Origin: Chrysomallon squamiferum
Taxonomy: Eukaryota; Animalia; Mollusca
DNA length: 64,000 nt
Assembly (NCBI GenBank): GCA_012295275.1
Contig: CM022670.1
Location: 6,758,001-6,822,000, forward strand
Reading direction: 5' to 3'
Part shown: one piece after another, positions 1 to 14,014 of the stretch
Position numbering within the stretch: position 1 is the first letter of the stretch
How the letters are laid out: every line of letters begins with the position of its first letter
Notes under the pieces: model-generated
Told to the model about the DNA's origin: nothing
Seen by the model: the letters and a program-made list of their open reading frames with translations, nothing else
The model's database searches: none
Translations under genes and position numbers: made by a program

Positions 1-32
1 GCTGTAATTTGTGACTTGCTGTTTACTGACAG

Positions 33-155
33 GTTCTGTCTGATGGTGAAGAAGGGATACAGAAACCCACCCTATCACAACTGGATGCATGCTTATGCAG
101 TAACACACTTTTGCTACCTCCTTATTAAGAACATCAAACTAGAAAGATATTTGGA
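33..155 (+). CDS. PDE2A: cGMP-dependent 3',5'-cyclic phosphodiesterase (PDE2-like), internal exon a; gene begins upstream of window
   Basis: AG acceptor at 31-32, GT donor at 156. Translates [40 protein letters not shown], the YHN..HA metal-binding motif, closely matching the PDE2A catalytic domain. Confidence 0.93.
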
Positions 156-508
156 GTAATTACTTTGACATTTTCTTTGATTTTTCTTTTAAACTTGTTG
201 ATATATGTTGATTATGTATTGTAGTCATACTGTTAGGTACATCTGTGTACCCTGTTAAAAGTTTTGTTCAGTGAACTGTGTTTTAAATCCTTTTTTTAAA
301 ACAAATAAATACATGCAATAATATGGATAATCTAATAATTTTTGTGCATAACAGTTACACTCAATTTAATAGATACATATACATACAAACATACACCAAA
401 ACACACACATATAATATTTTTTTTTTTTTTACTGTTATTTAAAGAAATCCATTTGAGGCATTATTTCATCACTGCTTGGTTTACACATCTTGTGATTTAT
501 TTTTTCAG

Positions 509-596
509 ACCCATTGAAATGTTTGCATTGTTTGTGTCATGTCTGTGTCATGACATTGATCACAGAGGTACAACCAATTCGTTCCAGGTTCAGTCT
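509..596 (+). CDS. PDE2A: PDE2-like exon b (HD motif)
   Basis: tttttcag|...|gtaagt. Translates [30 protein letters not shown] (HDxDHxG PDEase signature). Phase is consistent with exon a. Confidence 0.95.
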
Positions 597-691
597 GTAA
601 GTTCACTAAACATTTGTTTTTCACTCTCTGATACCTGTACACTTTGTTCACTAGCAGTTAATATTTGAATCTGAAAACTGAAGTTGTATGC

Positions 692-737
<46 letters not shown>

Positions 738-1011
738 TGAGATAAAGTAAAATATGGTTTAAAATCATTTCTTCAAATATCCTTTCTTCACTATCTGAGT
801 TCTGTACAGTTTCTTCTCTTGCTAAGGGTTGTTTATAAAATGTAATGTAATTAATGTTTTGAGGATATTTGATTTTGAAGGAGATAAAGTTTTATTTGAC
901 CATTTGTTGTTATCTGTCTGAGTAGTGGTATTTCTAATAATGCATTTAATTATACATTTTTGAAATGAAAAACATTTTTAAAGATTATTAAGAAAAATGT
1001 TTTATTTTCAG

Positions 1012-1059
1012 CAATCTGTTTTGGCTGCTCTCTACAGTTCAGAAGGGTCAGTCATGGAG
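1012..1059 (+). CDS. PDE2A: PDE2-like exon c
   Basis: ttttcag|...|gtaaaa. Translates QSVLAALYSSEGSVME, typical of PDE2A. Confidence 0.93.
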
Positions 1060-1286
1060 GTAAAATATGTTTAATGTTTATCATTACAGTTCATGTTTAA
1101 TCCTACTACATTTATGTGATAGTTTATGTAATACATACTACATATTACCAGTTACACAAATTACATAATCTGTTATCAGTTTACACCAGAACAGTTGTTA
1201 AAATACAAACAAAATTGAAGAATACAAATATTTCCTGTTACTGGTCTTACTTACCTTAAATATTAATAAAAACAAATTAAAAATCA

Positions 1287-1340
<54 letters not shown>

Positions 1341-1413
1341 AATTTTCTTTATTTGACTAATGCAATTTAAAAATGGATATTTTTTTAACATGGTTATTGG
1401 TGTTTATTTTCAG

Positions 1414-1488
1414 AGACATCACTTTGCTCAGAGTATGTGTATTGTAAACACAGAAGGATGTAATATATTTGAGAATCTCTCCAGCAAG
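1414..1488 (+). CDS. PDE2A: PDE2-like exon d
   Basis: ttttcag|...|gtaagt. Translates RHHFAQSMCIVNTEGCNIFENLSSK (E-RHH motif completed across the junction). Confidence 0.93.
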
Positions 1489-1630
1489 GTAAGTTTTCTA
1501 AACTTTTGTTACTGATGTGTGTATATTTGTCTTGTTTATTTCTGAAATCACTTTTTAACTACCGTGTGTTATCCTTTATCTGACCATGTCTTGTAATCAT
1601 AGTTGCCCATAATAACTAATATTTTTATAG

Positions 1631-1730
1631 GACTATCAAAATGTCTTGGACTTGGTAAGAGACATCATTCTTGCAACTGATCTTGCTCATCATCTCAGAA
1701 TTCTCAGACAGCTACAAGAAATGGCAGACA
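1631..1730 (+). CDS. PDE2A: PDE2-like exon e
   Basis: tttatag|...|gtgagt. Translates [33 protein letters not shown] (ILATD motif). Confidence 0.93.
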
Positions 1731-2031
1731 GTGAGTGAAATTCATGTTTTATAAATCTGGAACAAATATTCAGTTAGGATCTGTTGTTGTACGATCAGTT
1801 AACAACTTGTTAATTGACAGAAATTATAACTGGACTGTAATATAAATTATATGGTAAAACTGAAATTTCTTTCTTTCTTTTCTTTTCTTTTCTTTCAGTT
1901 TTGCTTTGTTTGCTTATTTGTTTATTAATAACAATTTATTTTTGACAGTTTATTTACTATATTAATAATATTATTTTTCAGCTGGTTATGTTCTATATTT
2001 TGTATAAAATATTATTAATGTTATTTTTCAG

Positions 2032-2144
2032 CTGGTTATGATCAGAAAAATCCTAAATGTAAGAAATTACTTCTGTGTTTGTTGATGACATCATGTGACC
2101 TCTCTGATCAAACCAAGAACTGGGACAACACTAAACATATCGCT
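2032..2144 (+). CDS. PDE2A: PDE2-like exon f
   Basis: ttttcag|...|gtaaga. Translates TGYDQKNPKCKKLLLCLLMTSCDLSDQTKNWDNTKHIA (CDLSD motif). Confidence 0.92.
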
Positions 2145-2384
2145 GTAAGATTCTTTATGACAGTATTCAGTAATTAACATATCACTACTAGCAACAAATA
2201 TAAATAAAATTAATCAGCTGATTTGCATACACATTTCTCATTGAACATGTGATAAAAATGTGTAGCATGTATTACATTTATGTTCCTTATTTAAAGCTAA
2301 AATTATTAAGGGAGGTAACTCACTCAAGAAAAAGTAGTCGGTGTAACTTGTTATTTAAGGATTTGTGTTATTTTTCTATTTTAG

Positions 2385-2530
2385 TCTCTGGTGTACCAGG
2401 AGTTTTTCTCTCAGGGAGACATGGAAAAGAACACAGGAAAGAAACCTATTGAAATGATGGATCGGGAGAAAGCCAACATTCCAGACCTACAGATCAGCTT
2501 TCTCGATGGGATAGCCTCTCCAGTTTACAA
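2385..2530 (+). CDS. PDE2A: PDE2-like exon g
   Basis: ttttag|...|gtacag. Translates [49 protein letters not shown] (EFFxQGD and the invariant Gln in LQISF). Confidence 0.9.
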
Positions 2531-2825
2531 GTACAGAAAAATATTTATAAACTGCCTTCTGTTTGTTTTAGAAACCTTTTGTAATATTCAAAATCCACTT
2601 TACTAGTACTTTTTACTTTTGCTTTTTTTTTTTTAAATTACAGATATATTTTTGGGAGTATTCAGTAATACTAAATGCAAATGCAATAAACATTCTTTAA
2701 AGTGTCCTTTTTATCTCATTTTAGCAAACATTATACATTATAGCATCAAAAATGTATGTGTGTGTGTGTATGTATGTACATATCAGTTTTAGATGTTATA
2801 ACTGAGACAAACCACTGTGTTGTAG

Positions 2826-3027
2826 GATTCTCGGCTGTTTGTTCTCAGAGTGTGAGGTGGTGTACCAGGCTGTACTGGAGAACAGACGCAAGTGGGAGAA
2901 AATCAGACACATCGTCAAAGTGCGCCCAGGTAGCAACGCCAAACAGCAGCTGAGCATGGAAGAGATTCTCTGCATCGAAAACGTTGACGACGAAGTTCTC
3001 ACTGAGCAGCAGATCAATGGCAGATGA
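2826..3027 (+). CDS. PDE2A: PDE2-like terminal coding exon
   Basis: tgtag acceptor, phase matches exon g. Translates ILGCLFSECEVVYQAVLENRRKWEKI...INGR with stop TGA at 3025-3027. NRxxW matches the last catalytic helix. Confidence 0.87.
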
Positions 3028-5573
3028 TTTGTTTATCTCTGATACTTGATGTTATTCATTCACACCACGGGTGTTGGGAATATGATCTCCTTTCAGTAAT
3101 TTCTGTGCTCTCCAGAAAACCATAGAATGTTTTATCAGTAACCATAGTTTGAAATACTGTAGTGACTAGCAAACAGACTTGAATGGCGTGAGAGTCATCA
3201 CTGGTTGACTGCTGTTGAAAACAGAAGGATATATTGTAATGGTTGGAACAGAAAATATATTCCCTGTTTATTGTTCAACATGAGGGAATAACTGTGATAT
3301 TATCCAGGTTATGGTAAAGTATGTGTAGTTTCTCAAGTCGTCATGTTATATTTGATAGATCTATGCAGTTGCAGACATTCAGTGCGAATGTTTCATTCTG
3401 CAAATATCTCATTAGCAGTCATCCATAAATTATGTAATAAGAATAGGGAAAAGGTAAGTAAATAATCTTTGGAGATTAACATTTTTATTTTTGTTGTTTT
3501 TTAAATTATTTTTTTAATGTTATACATTTTTATTATTACGTTTCTCAGTAACCACAATCTGTCAAAATGTTTTCTTTTTTTGATATACCTTACTGTTATT
3601 AAACACAGCTATATATATGTTATGGAATATAATTTATTAGACTCTATTTGCAAGTATGCTCAGGCTATTAATTTATAATTGATTAAAAATTCATATGTTT
3701 CATAGTTGGAACCAGATAGTTTTGGAAAATTTGGGGACATGGAAAGAAAAAAAAAACACACAAAAAATAATCTATATGTATGTGTATATATTCATAATTT
3801 CTGGATGACTACAACATGCAATTCATGACAAATGTTTTCTCACAAACTGTTAAAAAGTGTAGCTTCCAATAGTTTTATGCATTTTATTGTATGCAGAATC
3901 TTTTTTTTTAAATATTAAAAGACTTTTGTTATGTATAAATTCTAGACAGAAATGGTCTTTTAAAATGGAGATAGAAATAATAAATGCTTTTAGAAATTGT
4001 GTAGCCAGAGAAAATTAGGTTACTTGTAAACTGTTAAATTTTCTTATTTGTAAAATGTTACATTTGGTTTTATTTGTAAATTGTTTTCATCAAAAATGTA
4101 GACAGTATTTTTTTGAAAGCAGCTGTGCCTTGCTATGCACATAATATGTAGTTAAGTGTTATGTAGTAAAATATTAGTATTATGTTATTTCATATCCGTA
4201 ATAAATATTCATGCCAAATATTGTTATTTATCAGCATTCTGTGTCATTCTTGTATGTGCAACTGAAAGCTCATAAATTTTTGTTACAGTTCCTTTCTACT
4301 ACAATATGTAATTAAAACCATATTAAAGTGATGATAGTTATGATAACTGCATGTTGTTATATATAACCTTGTATATGTGTTAGATGTAGTATATGTTACA
4401 ATGAAAAATGCTCATTTTTATTATTGGCTCTAGTAATGGTGTTTGAAATTCTTAATGAAAACTGTTTCAAAAAACCAGTTTTTGCAACATTGTTTAAAAT
4501 GGTTGCACAAGATGACAGGAAACCAAAACTAAGATATACTGAAATTATTTGTTTATTCACAAAGTACTAATAACTCAACGACTTTCTTGTTAACCATTCT
4601 GTAAATAATGTTAGTTTTAAATATTTCAAAAAATATATATATATTCAAACGATTAATGTTACTTTATAACATTCTTTTTTTTCCAGTTACCTTAATGTAT
4701 TTTGTACTTGATTAATGCTGATTAGGTATATGTTAGTAACCATAGATTAAACATACAGGTATTAAGTTTATTTTTATATGTGTTGTCTTCATACCAGATA
4801 AGGGGCTGTTTTTTTATAGGAAAGGGATACTTAGGCAGTCCAGATCATTATAAGATTATGTCAAGAAGGGCACTGTTTAGTCTTTTAATAAATAATGATA
4901 GACGTGTATTTTAATCAAATAGAAACCTGCTTCCTGCATGTTAGGGAAGGCACTTTAAGTTAAGTAAGAACATGTTTTTGGTTTTCATGAACAGAGGTGT
5001 GTCCAGAATCTCTCGATGCTCCCAGTGGATCTGCACATGTATTGTTTTGTCAGAATTTGTAAGCTTTATGTTTTCAAGTGATCCTGTCAGGACTTTGTCA
5101 TATTCATTCTTTTCAGAAATATTACTTTAATATGTCATATGCATATTTGTGTTGTCAACAATGTGGAAAAAGTAATTTGTGATATAGTTTTCAGTGTTTT
5201 ACATTATTATTTTAGTATTATTATTTTTTTTAATAAAGCTATATAGTAGTTACCTCAGGAAGATTCTGTTAAAGTCATTTGTTTTATAAATATTAAATAA
5301 CAAATAGCATTTTCATTTTGTTTCTGTTATACATATTATTGGATGCACAGTATCAAAGTATAATTATATTCATGCATTTAGAATGTAATTGAGTTTTTAT
5401 TTTGTATTTGCAATATGTTACAGCTAGCTTTGACCACTGTACCAAATAAAAAAAAAAATTAAAAAAATGAAGAACCAGAAGTTTCAAACTAAATGGCATG
5501 CCAAATGTAAAATCATACTATTGAATTTTGTTACTGGAATAAATTATGTAATAATTTAAAAAACATTGCTATT

Positions 5574-5772
5574 TAGATATGGATCCAGGGTATCTTTAAA
5601 GGTACAGAGGCAATTCTGATCAAATTGTATACCAATAATAGAAATGGTAATTACAATGATATAACTTTGAATGCACTATTGAATTTTTGGATGAATTAGT
5701 TATTTAACAATACTGGGCACAGTTCATTTTATATCACTGATTTTTTAATGAATAAGTGTTTGACAACACCTC

Positions 5773-5835
<63 letters not shown>

Positions 5836-5942
5836 TCACATACATACACAGAAAGTAAATAAATGAAAAAAAAGAAGAAAGAAAAAAAAATGAAAAATTA
5901 GTCTGTGAACCATCTCTCTATCCCAGCCTGGATCCATGCCTG
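5574..5942. mobile_element. Decayed MITE-like element with terminal inverted repeats
   Basis: tagatatggatccagg (5574-5589) against cctggatccatgcctg (5927-5942): 13/16 inverted match with a perfect 11-bp core. No coding capacity; internal (CA)n. Confidence 0.45.
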
Positions 5943-6783
5943 GAGTTGTTAAGTCTTGAAAACTGTTACTCAAGCAATAATAATGTGTATTTGTTTTCAG
6001 AACCAGCTATATTAACATTGGAATTTGTACTTGTTAACACTGAATAAATTAATTATACATCAGACATAAAATTGCTCATTTGTTGTTCACATCAGTTCAT
6101 CAAATTATTTTTCATCTTTTTTGTTTTTTCAATAATAAAACTGTTTTATTTATTTTATTATTAATACTACTTCCACTGCTATTTCTACTTCTTTTACTAT
6201 ATCTACTGTTGCTACTACATATATTATTATATTTTATTATTATATTAAAGACCATGTGAGAAACAAAGATGTTTAACATATTGTATGTTAAAAAAAAAAA
6301 TAGAAGGAAAAAGCAAATTAAATAAAAATATGTTCTGACTTTTGTTAATATAGATGTTTAGTTTCCTAGCATTTCTTTAATTATTATAAATTCTTAATAT
6401 TATTTGTCATCACTTGAAAGAACGTTAAGTTAATATTAACAATTTTCTTATGCTAATCAGAATACAAAATATGTATCAGCTTAGTTAATTACTTGGAACA
6501 TGGATCTGGTGTGTGCCTGTGGGTGTATGTGACAGAAAGAGAAGAAAGATTTGGTGTGTGTGTTTATGTGTATGTGGATGCATGTGAGTGTGCATATACA
6601 CAGAGAAAGACTGATGGAAGATATCAAGATATTCAGTGTGTGTTTGTGTGTATAAGGGAGAAAGAAAGATTGTGACAAAAGAAAGGGCACTATATATACA
6701 GTGCATGCATGTGACAGAGATTCATTGTGTTATGTGTGTGTTTGAGAAAGAAAGAAGAGGCATAGAGATTCAGTGTATATTCA

Positions 6784-6814
<31 letters not shown>

Positions 6815-7712
6815 CTGTGTGTACATGTATGTCATGCAAAGGATATGTCTAGATATGTATAACTTTGATAATTAACTTTCTGTCCTGAGATCTGACTTTA
6901 ATCAGTGTTATGAAATATAATTCATTTCTTCTTTCATACTTTCTTTACCCAAGTCATTACTATGTCAGCATTTTATTTTTACTACACCAGATTGTGTTTA
7001 TCTGCATCTACATCATGAACTTTGTTTTATACTTAATGTTTGGTTGAAATCGCACAATTTAAGTTTTAACAAATTTTTGTAACTCTTTTGTTGCAGTGTT
7101 AAGACAGCTGTTAAAACAGATTTGGTTAATAAATGTTAACTTTATTCCACTGAATTATTTAATTTGTTTGTTTAGCATAATTACAGTTCCAGCTTCATTC
7201 CTTTGTCTTTTTCTTTCTTAAGTTTATTATATTTTTAATTTTTAGATACTTTACCATCATTATGTAGTAAAAACTTTATTAAGCAAAACTATTTCAGGTT
7301 CTTGAACTCTGTATGATGAGTTATTTGTTAACATCTCTTCATTTAGTATAATATTCTTATTAGCAGTTGTATAATATAGTGTCTGATGTTAATCCATACT
7401 TAGATTTAACCAGGTTATTTAATTATTTATTTTATTTTATTTTATTTTTATTAAATTTTGTTTCACTTATATTACATTTATTAATGACAATATTCTGGAA
7501 TGATAATATACATCAGTTTAAGAGTGACAACCCATCTAGAACAGTTGTAAGAAAATGACAGGTATAGAAAGAGTGGTGACACTAGATAGTAGCATGTCTT
7601 TAATCATTATCTTGTTTATTTCTTGTAAGCAGATGTGTATTCAAAGGTACAGTGCCAGTCAAAGAAAGATACATTACCACTCATCTAACTACAAGTTCCA
7701 GTCTTCCCGTTT

Positions 7713-8817
<1,105 letters not shown>

Positions 8818-9126
8818 CAAGTTTTTTTATGAATACTGTTTATTATCTTTAACAAATGTGAAATGTCCAGTAAAATACATGCCAGGTTTATCAAACTACA
8901 TAACAGCTGTCTGATGATACATTACAACTGTTGTCTTGTCAGCATTCTGCAATTGTCAAATAACTGGTTTAATGTACACTCCACTCTAGACTATGTTATT
9001 ATTATTATTCTTGTTATTATTTATTTACTACTAAACAACTACTTCTGCTTTTATTTATTTATTTAATGAAAACACACTGGAAAGAATGAGATAGAAAACT
9101 AAGAATAGTTTTAACCACAGAATTAT

Positions 9127-9234
<108 letters not shown>

Positions 9235-9645
9235 TCAGTTAGTAATATTATTTCTATTATTTATTATTAATTAAATGATTAATTAATGTTAAACTGATCG
9301 CGCAGTCTATTACGTTCTATTAACAATTAATTAGGAATGTATAACGATCTTATACCTGGTTACGTCAACTAAATCATATAGCTGTAACCGTTGTGTATAG
9401 CTTGTTGATCGCATCAACTAATCCTCTTTACAGTCGCTCGATATCTTTAAACCTTGACCCAACAACACGGAGAAAGAGAAAATATTGTGGGTCATGTTTC
9501 TTTGAAAAACACACAGCACGTTTTGAATACATTCGTTGATAATCGTGGTAAACGTAACGCAATAGACTCAGTTAATAGACGTCTGCAAAACCTTTGTTGC
9601 ATTTCTCCTAATTTCACGTCTGCTGCGGTCAGCGGTCACTCGGAG

Positions 9646-9653
9646 TATAAATA
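9646..9653 (+). promoter_or_regulatory. Candidate TATA box of anmK
   Basis: TATAAATA about 150 bp upstream of the ATG at 9801, inside a CpG-containing stretch that begins near 9295. Confidence 0.45.
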
Positions 9654-9800
9654 AGGATCAAACCTTCGTTATAGCATTTCCTCATTTCTCTATCTCTCTG
9701 TCACGACCTGGATAGCCACTGATAACACTCGGACGTCTGTAGTGGTGCACATCGGGTTTGACAAAAGCGCAAGTGTAAAAAAGCGGCTTGCACTGAAAAC

Positions 9801-10541
9801 ATGACAACGTACAGCGGGATAGGGGTGATGTCGGGTACATCAGTGGATGGTCTGGATTTGTGTTATGTGGAGTTTACTGGAGACATCAGTTCCGACGTGT
9901 GGGGATACTGTATAAAGAAAGCTGTCACACTGCCGTACAGCAGTGACTGGATTTCCAAGCTGAAGAAGGCCCCGAGGCTTTCTGGGTTAGACTTGATCAA
10001 ACTGCATGTCGAATACGGCCACTTTGTCGGACAGTGCGTTAGTGAATTTATCGACAAAGAATTAATCAAAGTCGATTTCGTGGCGTCGCACGGTCACACA
10101 GTCTTCCACCAGCCTGACAAACGTTTCACGTTCCAACTGGGCTGCGGAGAAACGACGGTCACACATTTCAGTTGTCCGTTTGTCTGTGACTTCCGATCCA
10201 AGGACGTCGCTCTTGGAGGACAGGGGGCGCCACTCGTTCCTTCAGGAGAGAAATATTTGTTTCGCCAGACAGATATCTGTTTGAATCTTGGCGGTATCGC
10301 CAATATCGGTCTGAAAGGAGAGCGGGGATATGACATATGTGCCTGTAACATGGTTCTCAACTACCTCGCTAACAAGCTAGAGAACGGGTTGGGGTACGAC
10401 AAGGATGGACAGACAGCCAGACAGGGACAAATCTCCCAGGAGCTTCTCGACGATCTGGAAGCGTTGTCTTACTTCAAAGAACCACCGCCCAAGTCTCTAG
10501 GATACGAATGGATTTCACAGAATGTGTTTCCACTACTAGAT
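9801..10541 (+). CDS. anmK: Anhydro-N-acetylmuramic acid kinase, exon 1 (247 aa)
   Basis: Motifs GVMSGTSVDGLD, ASHGHTVFHQP, FTFQLG, DFRSKDVALGGQGAPLVP, LNLGGIANI, YDICACN, YDKDG..AR.G and PPKSLG.EW are AnmK family signatures. Phase-0 donor gat|gtaaga at 10542. Confidence 0.95.
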
Positions 10542-11534
10542 GTAAGATTTTTTACAATTTATTCTTCTGTCATTCTTTGTTAAATATTGTAATAGATAAG
10601 CTGATGATGACTTAGTTATATACTTTGTTTTACACATCACTTGATAAATCAAAACCGATATTTTTAATTCTTATCCAGTTTTATGATTTGCTGTATTCTA
10701 TAATACTTATAATCAACATTGCTTTTATTAGAGAAAATATTATTTGATATGTGTTACATATTTTCTCATTAGTTAAACCAAGAAAAACAAAACATCGATC
10801 AACAAAAGACTGTTGTCGATCTTTAGGGGAGATATTGTTTTGTCTTCTTCATCATCTTTTCTTTTTTCTTGTTTTTTCTTTTTTTTCACTTTCATACGCG
10901 ATATTCAGGTTTCATATTGTTAGATAAACAAGTTTGTGCACCCCTTGATCATTTTTATGTTCTGAATTTGAGTGAGTCAGAAAAAGATAATAAAAAAACA
11001 AAAACACTTGAAATATCTAACCCAATAAATATTTACATTAGATACATTTACCTAAAACACTTGTTCGGAAAGAAAATGCTAAGCAGTGATTTTTATATTT
11101 TTAGATCACTGCTGGTGTTCTGTAAACTGTATTATTCATTTTGTGACTGTCCGTCTGAGGTAAACGATGAGTTTAAAATTCAGCTGTGTCGAATGAATAC
11201 ATTTTAACAAAATCTCGACACATTTTAACAGTAATCTTTACTATATATCCAACACAGCTTGTATAAATTGTCTTACACAAGTAACTCAGAGCTGACCGGG
11301 GGTAGATATTTATATATAATTATGTATCTTACAACACATCTCAAAACAATCTTTATCAGGGCTTTTTTAATACAAGTCAAGGACGATCGTTTGAAATAGA
11401 CCAGTGCATGTAAGTCAGCTGGGACGTCATTGTGTGAATTAAATAAAATACATCAGTTTGTGTGTGGATCTACATCAACAGGTTCGTGTGTATGTGTGTG
11501 AAAGAATCAGTTAGAGAAACAGATCCACACAAAC

Positions 11535-11647
<113 letters not shown>

Positions 11648-12130
11648 TAAAACTGCACTATCAGTAAGTCATTATAAAAGAAAACACTGTCAGACTAATC
11701 TCTGTCGTTGTCCCTCATTTCTCTTCTGACCTCTTCAGATGTTGTCGTTTTCAGGTCTCTAGGCACTGCCTAACTTGGTATCGAGCTGGAATCCACCAAT
11801 AAAACTTGTTAAAACGAGAAATAAATAAAACGAAATAACTGAGAGCAGTATTATACTGACACAAACTAAGTTACACGAAACACTGCGAAAGAACGCAAAT
11901 GAAAGTAAACATACTAACTAAAAACATGATATTCAAAACAATTTTTCTCTGAGCTCTGTGCATTTCTAAACGAGTTTTATTTCAGTTATTGATCTCAGGA
12001 CGGGTTCTGTATATTTGATATTGGTAAAACTCGTACTGTAACTGGTATGCTAGATGAATCTCCATTATAATACTTTCTCTTCCAGCTGTCCCCTGCGCCT
12101 GATGTAGCAAGGACGGTAGTGTATACTTTA

Positions 12131-12875
12131 CTCAGAAAAATGAATTTAAAAACCTTACTATTAATTTAGCCCTCAAGATGGTGAGTGGTCATAAACACTT
12201 GTTGTTTTTTTTTTCTTGTCAGCATAGGTTGAAAAAGAAATAAAATAAAACATTTCGGCGCAGTTAAATTACAATAATTTATCATATGTTGCAGAAACCT
12301 CTCTCACTGTAAACAGCTAAAGACCTTCAAGTTTAGCACAGATATTACGCAACTGTAACGTTTATACACTAACTGTAACAGTGATGTTATTTTTAGATTG
12401 TAACACGATCCACTGTAATATACTACAAACAGTATCTCGCACTTCAACAAAGGTCTCAGAAAAATGAATTTAAAACCTTACTATTAAAAAGATGGTGGTG
12501 GTATTTTTGCTTGTCAGCATAGGTTGAAAAAGAATTAAAATAAAACATTTGACAGTTAAAACAATAATTTATATTTGCAGAAACCTCTCACTGTAAACAT
12601 GTACGTCATTTAACAGATACAACTGTAACGTTTTACACAACTGTAATGGTGGTTAATTTTACACTAACACGTTCTGTTAAAACAAAAGTTTGATATACAA
12701 AGACAGACAGACAAACAAATGTTACATAATTAAACTGTTAAAACGTGATTAATTTAACTACATGTACGTCACATAACAGATACAGTTACAATTACATGGC
12801 GGCTAATTTCACACTACTCACGTTCTGTCAAAACAAATTTGATATACAGACAGACAGACAAACAAATGTAACTGT
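12131..12875. repeat. Degenerate nested tandem duplications in the anmK intron
   Basis: ctcagaaaaatgaattt...gcagaaacctctc occurs at about 12131 and 12455. catgtacgtca...gacagacagacaaacaaatg occurs at about 12598 and 12761. Confidence 0.8.
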
Positions 12876-13896
12876 TTAAGGAGTTATTCTTTCATATTGT
12901 TTGTGTAATGATGGTGATCGTGAGAATAAACACACTGTCAACACTTTGAATATTTTCATATCGACTATAAATAAGCAAGTCTTTTGTATACCACGACGTT
13001 TGATAAACCTGTCGTGGACGACACTGGGGTCGAACCTTAACCACCAACTCTTTACGGCATTTCAAATTAAATCAACCTATAAATATTTTTAAATTGATTT
13101 TCATTTGTTTGATTCTGTATTAACTTGTCAACCAAAGCTTTGACATAAATTAGGACATTGCTTTATCTTATTGCGTGACACCAATAAAGACATGTATAAA
13201 CAAAACACACACACATCATATTTTATCTGGAAAGTGTACATAAGGTGAACGAACATCGGTCAGCAAATGGTTGTGTAAATTTACTACGTAGATCAGTTCG
13301 TCTGTTTCCCGGATTGACCTTCGAGGTCGCGATAAGACCGAGGCCATTGACCTGATCACGTGAATATCCCGATATAAGGTTTCCGACACTTTGTCTGTCA
13401 TACTATAATTACATACACCTTGTTCTGTCGATAATTAATTAATCTGTTGTCAGCCATATTTCTCATTTTTCAGGTGAACTAGGGGCTGATCTAGGGGAAG
13501 AATTTATGTGAGTGTGTGCGCGCGCGCGCGCGCGTGTGTGTTTCTGAACGATTCCTGCAGATTAAAAGTTGATTACAGTTTTGTTATTTCTTAAAAACGA
13601 CTGTACTGTTCTTTACATTCTCGGATGTTCATTATATTGAATATATTAAGAATATATTTAATACAGACATTTTTCTTTTAATTTTTTCATATTTAACTTT
13701 ATACCATATATATATTTTCATACTAATAAATTACCTCATCCATAATCCGCAGTCAAAATTAAGCAACAACATCTAACTGGTACTGGACCCGAACCCCTTT
13801 TTCTGTACACAAAAACGCAAAATTTTAAAACAACAGTTAAACCAACAGTCTGATGTCCTTGCAGAAATATGACTATTTATTTATTTAAAAAAAAAA

Positions 13897-13944
<48 letters not shown>

Positions 13945-14014
13945 TATTAAATAAATAAATAAATAATAATTTTATTTTTCTGTCTTAATGCTGGTTATTA
14001 CATTTATCTTCCAG

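Noticed and set aside
10542-10583. C-terminal VRFFTIYSSVILC of the 260-aa ORF and N-terminal MLVITFIFQ of ORF 13988
   Set aside because: Intronic read-through beyond the splice sites.
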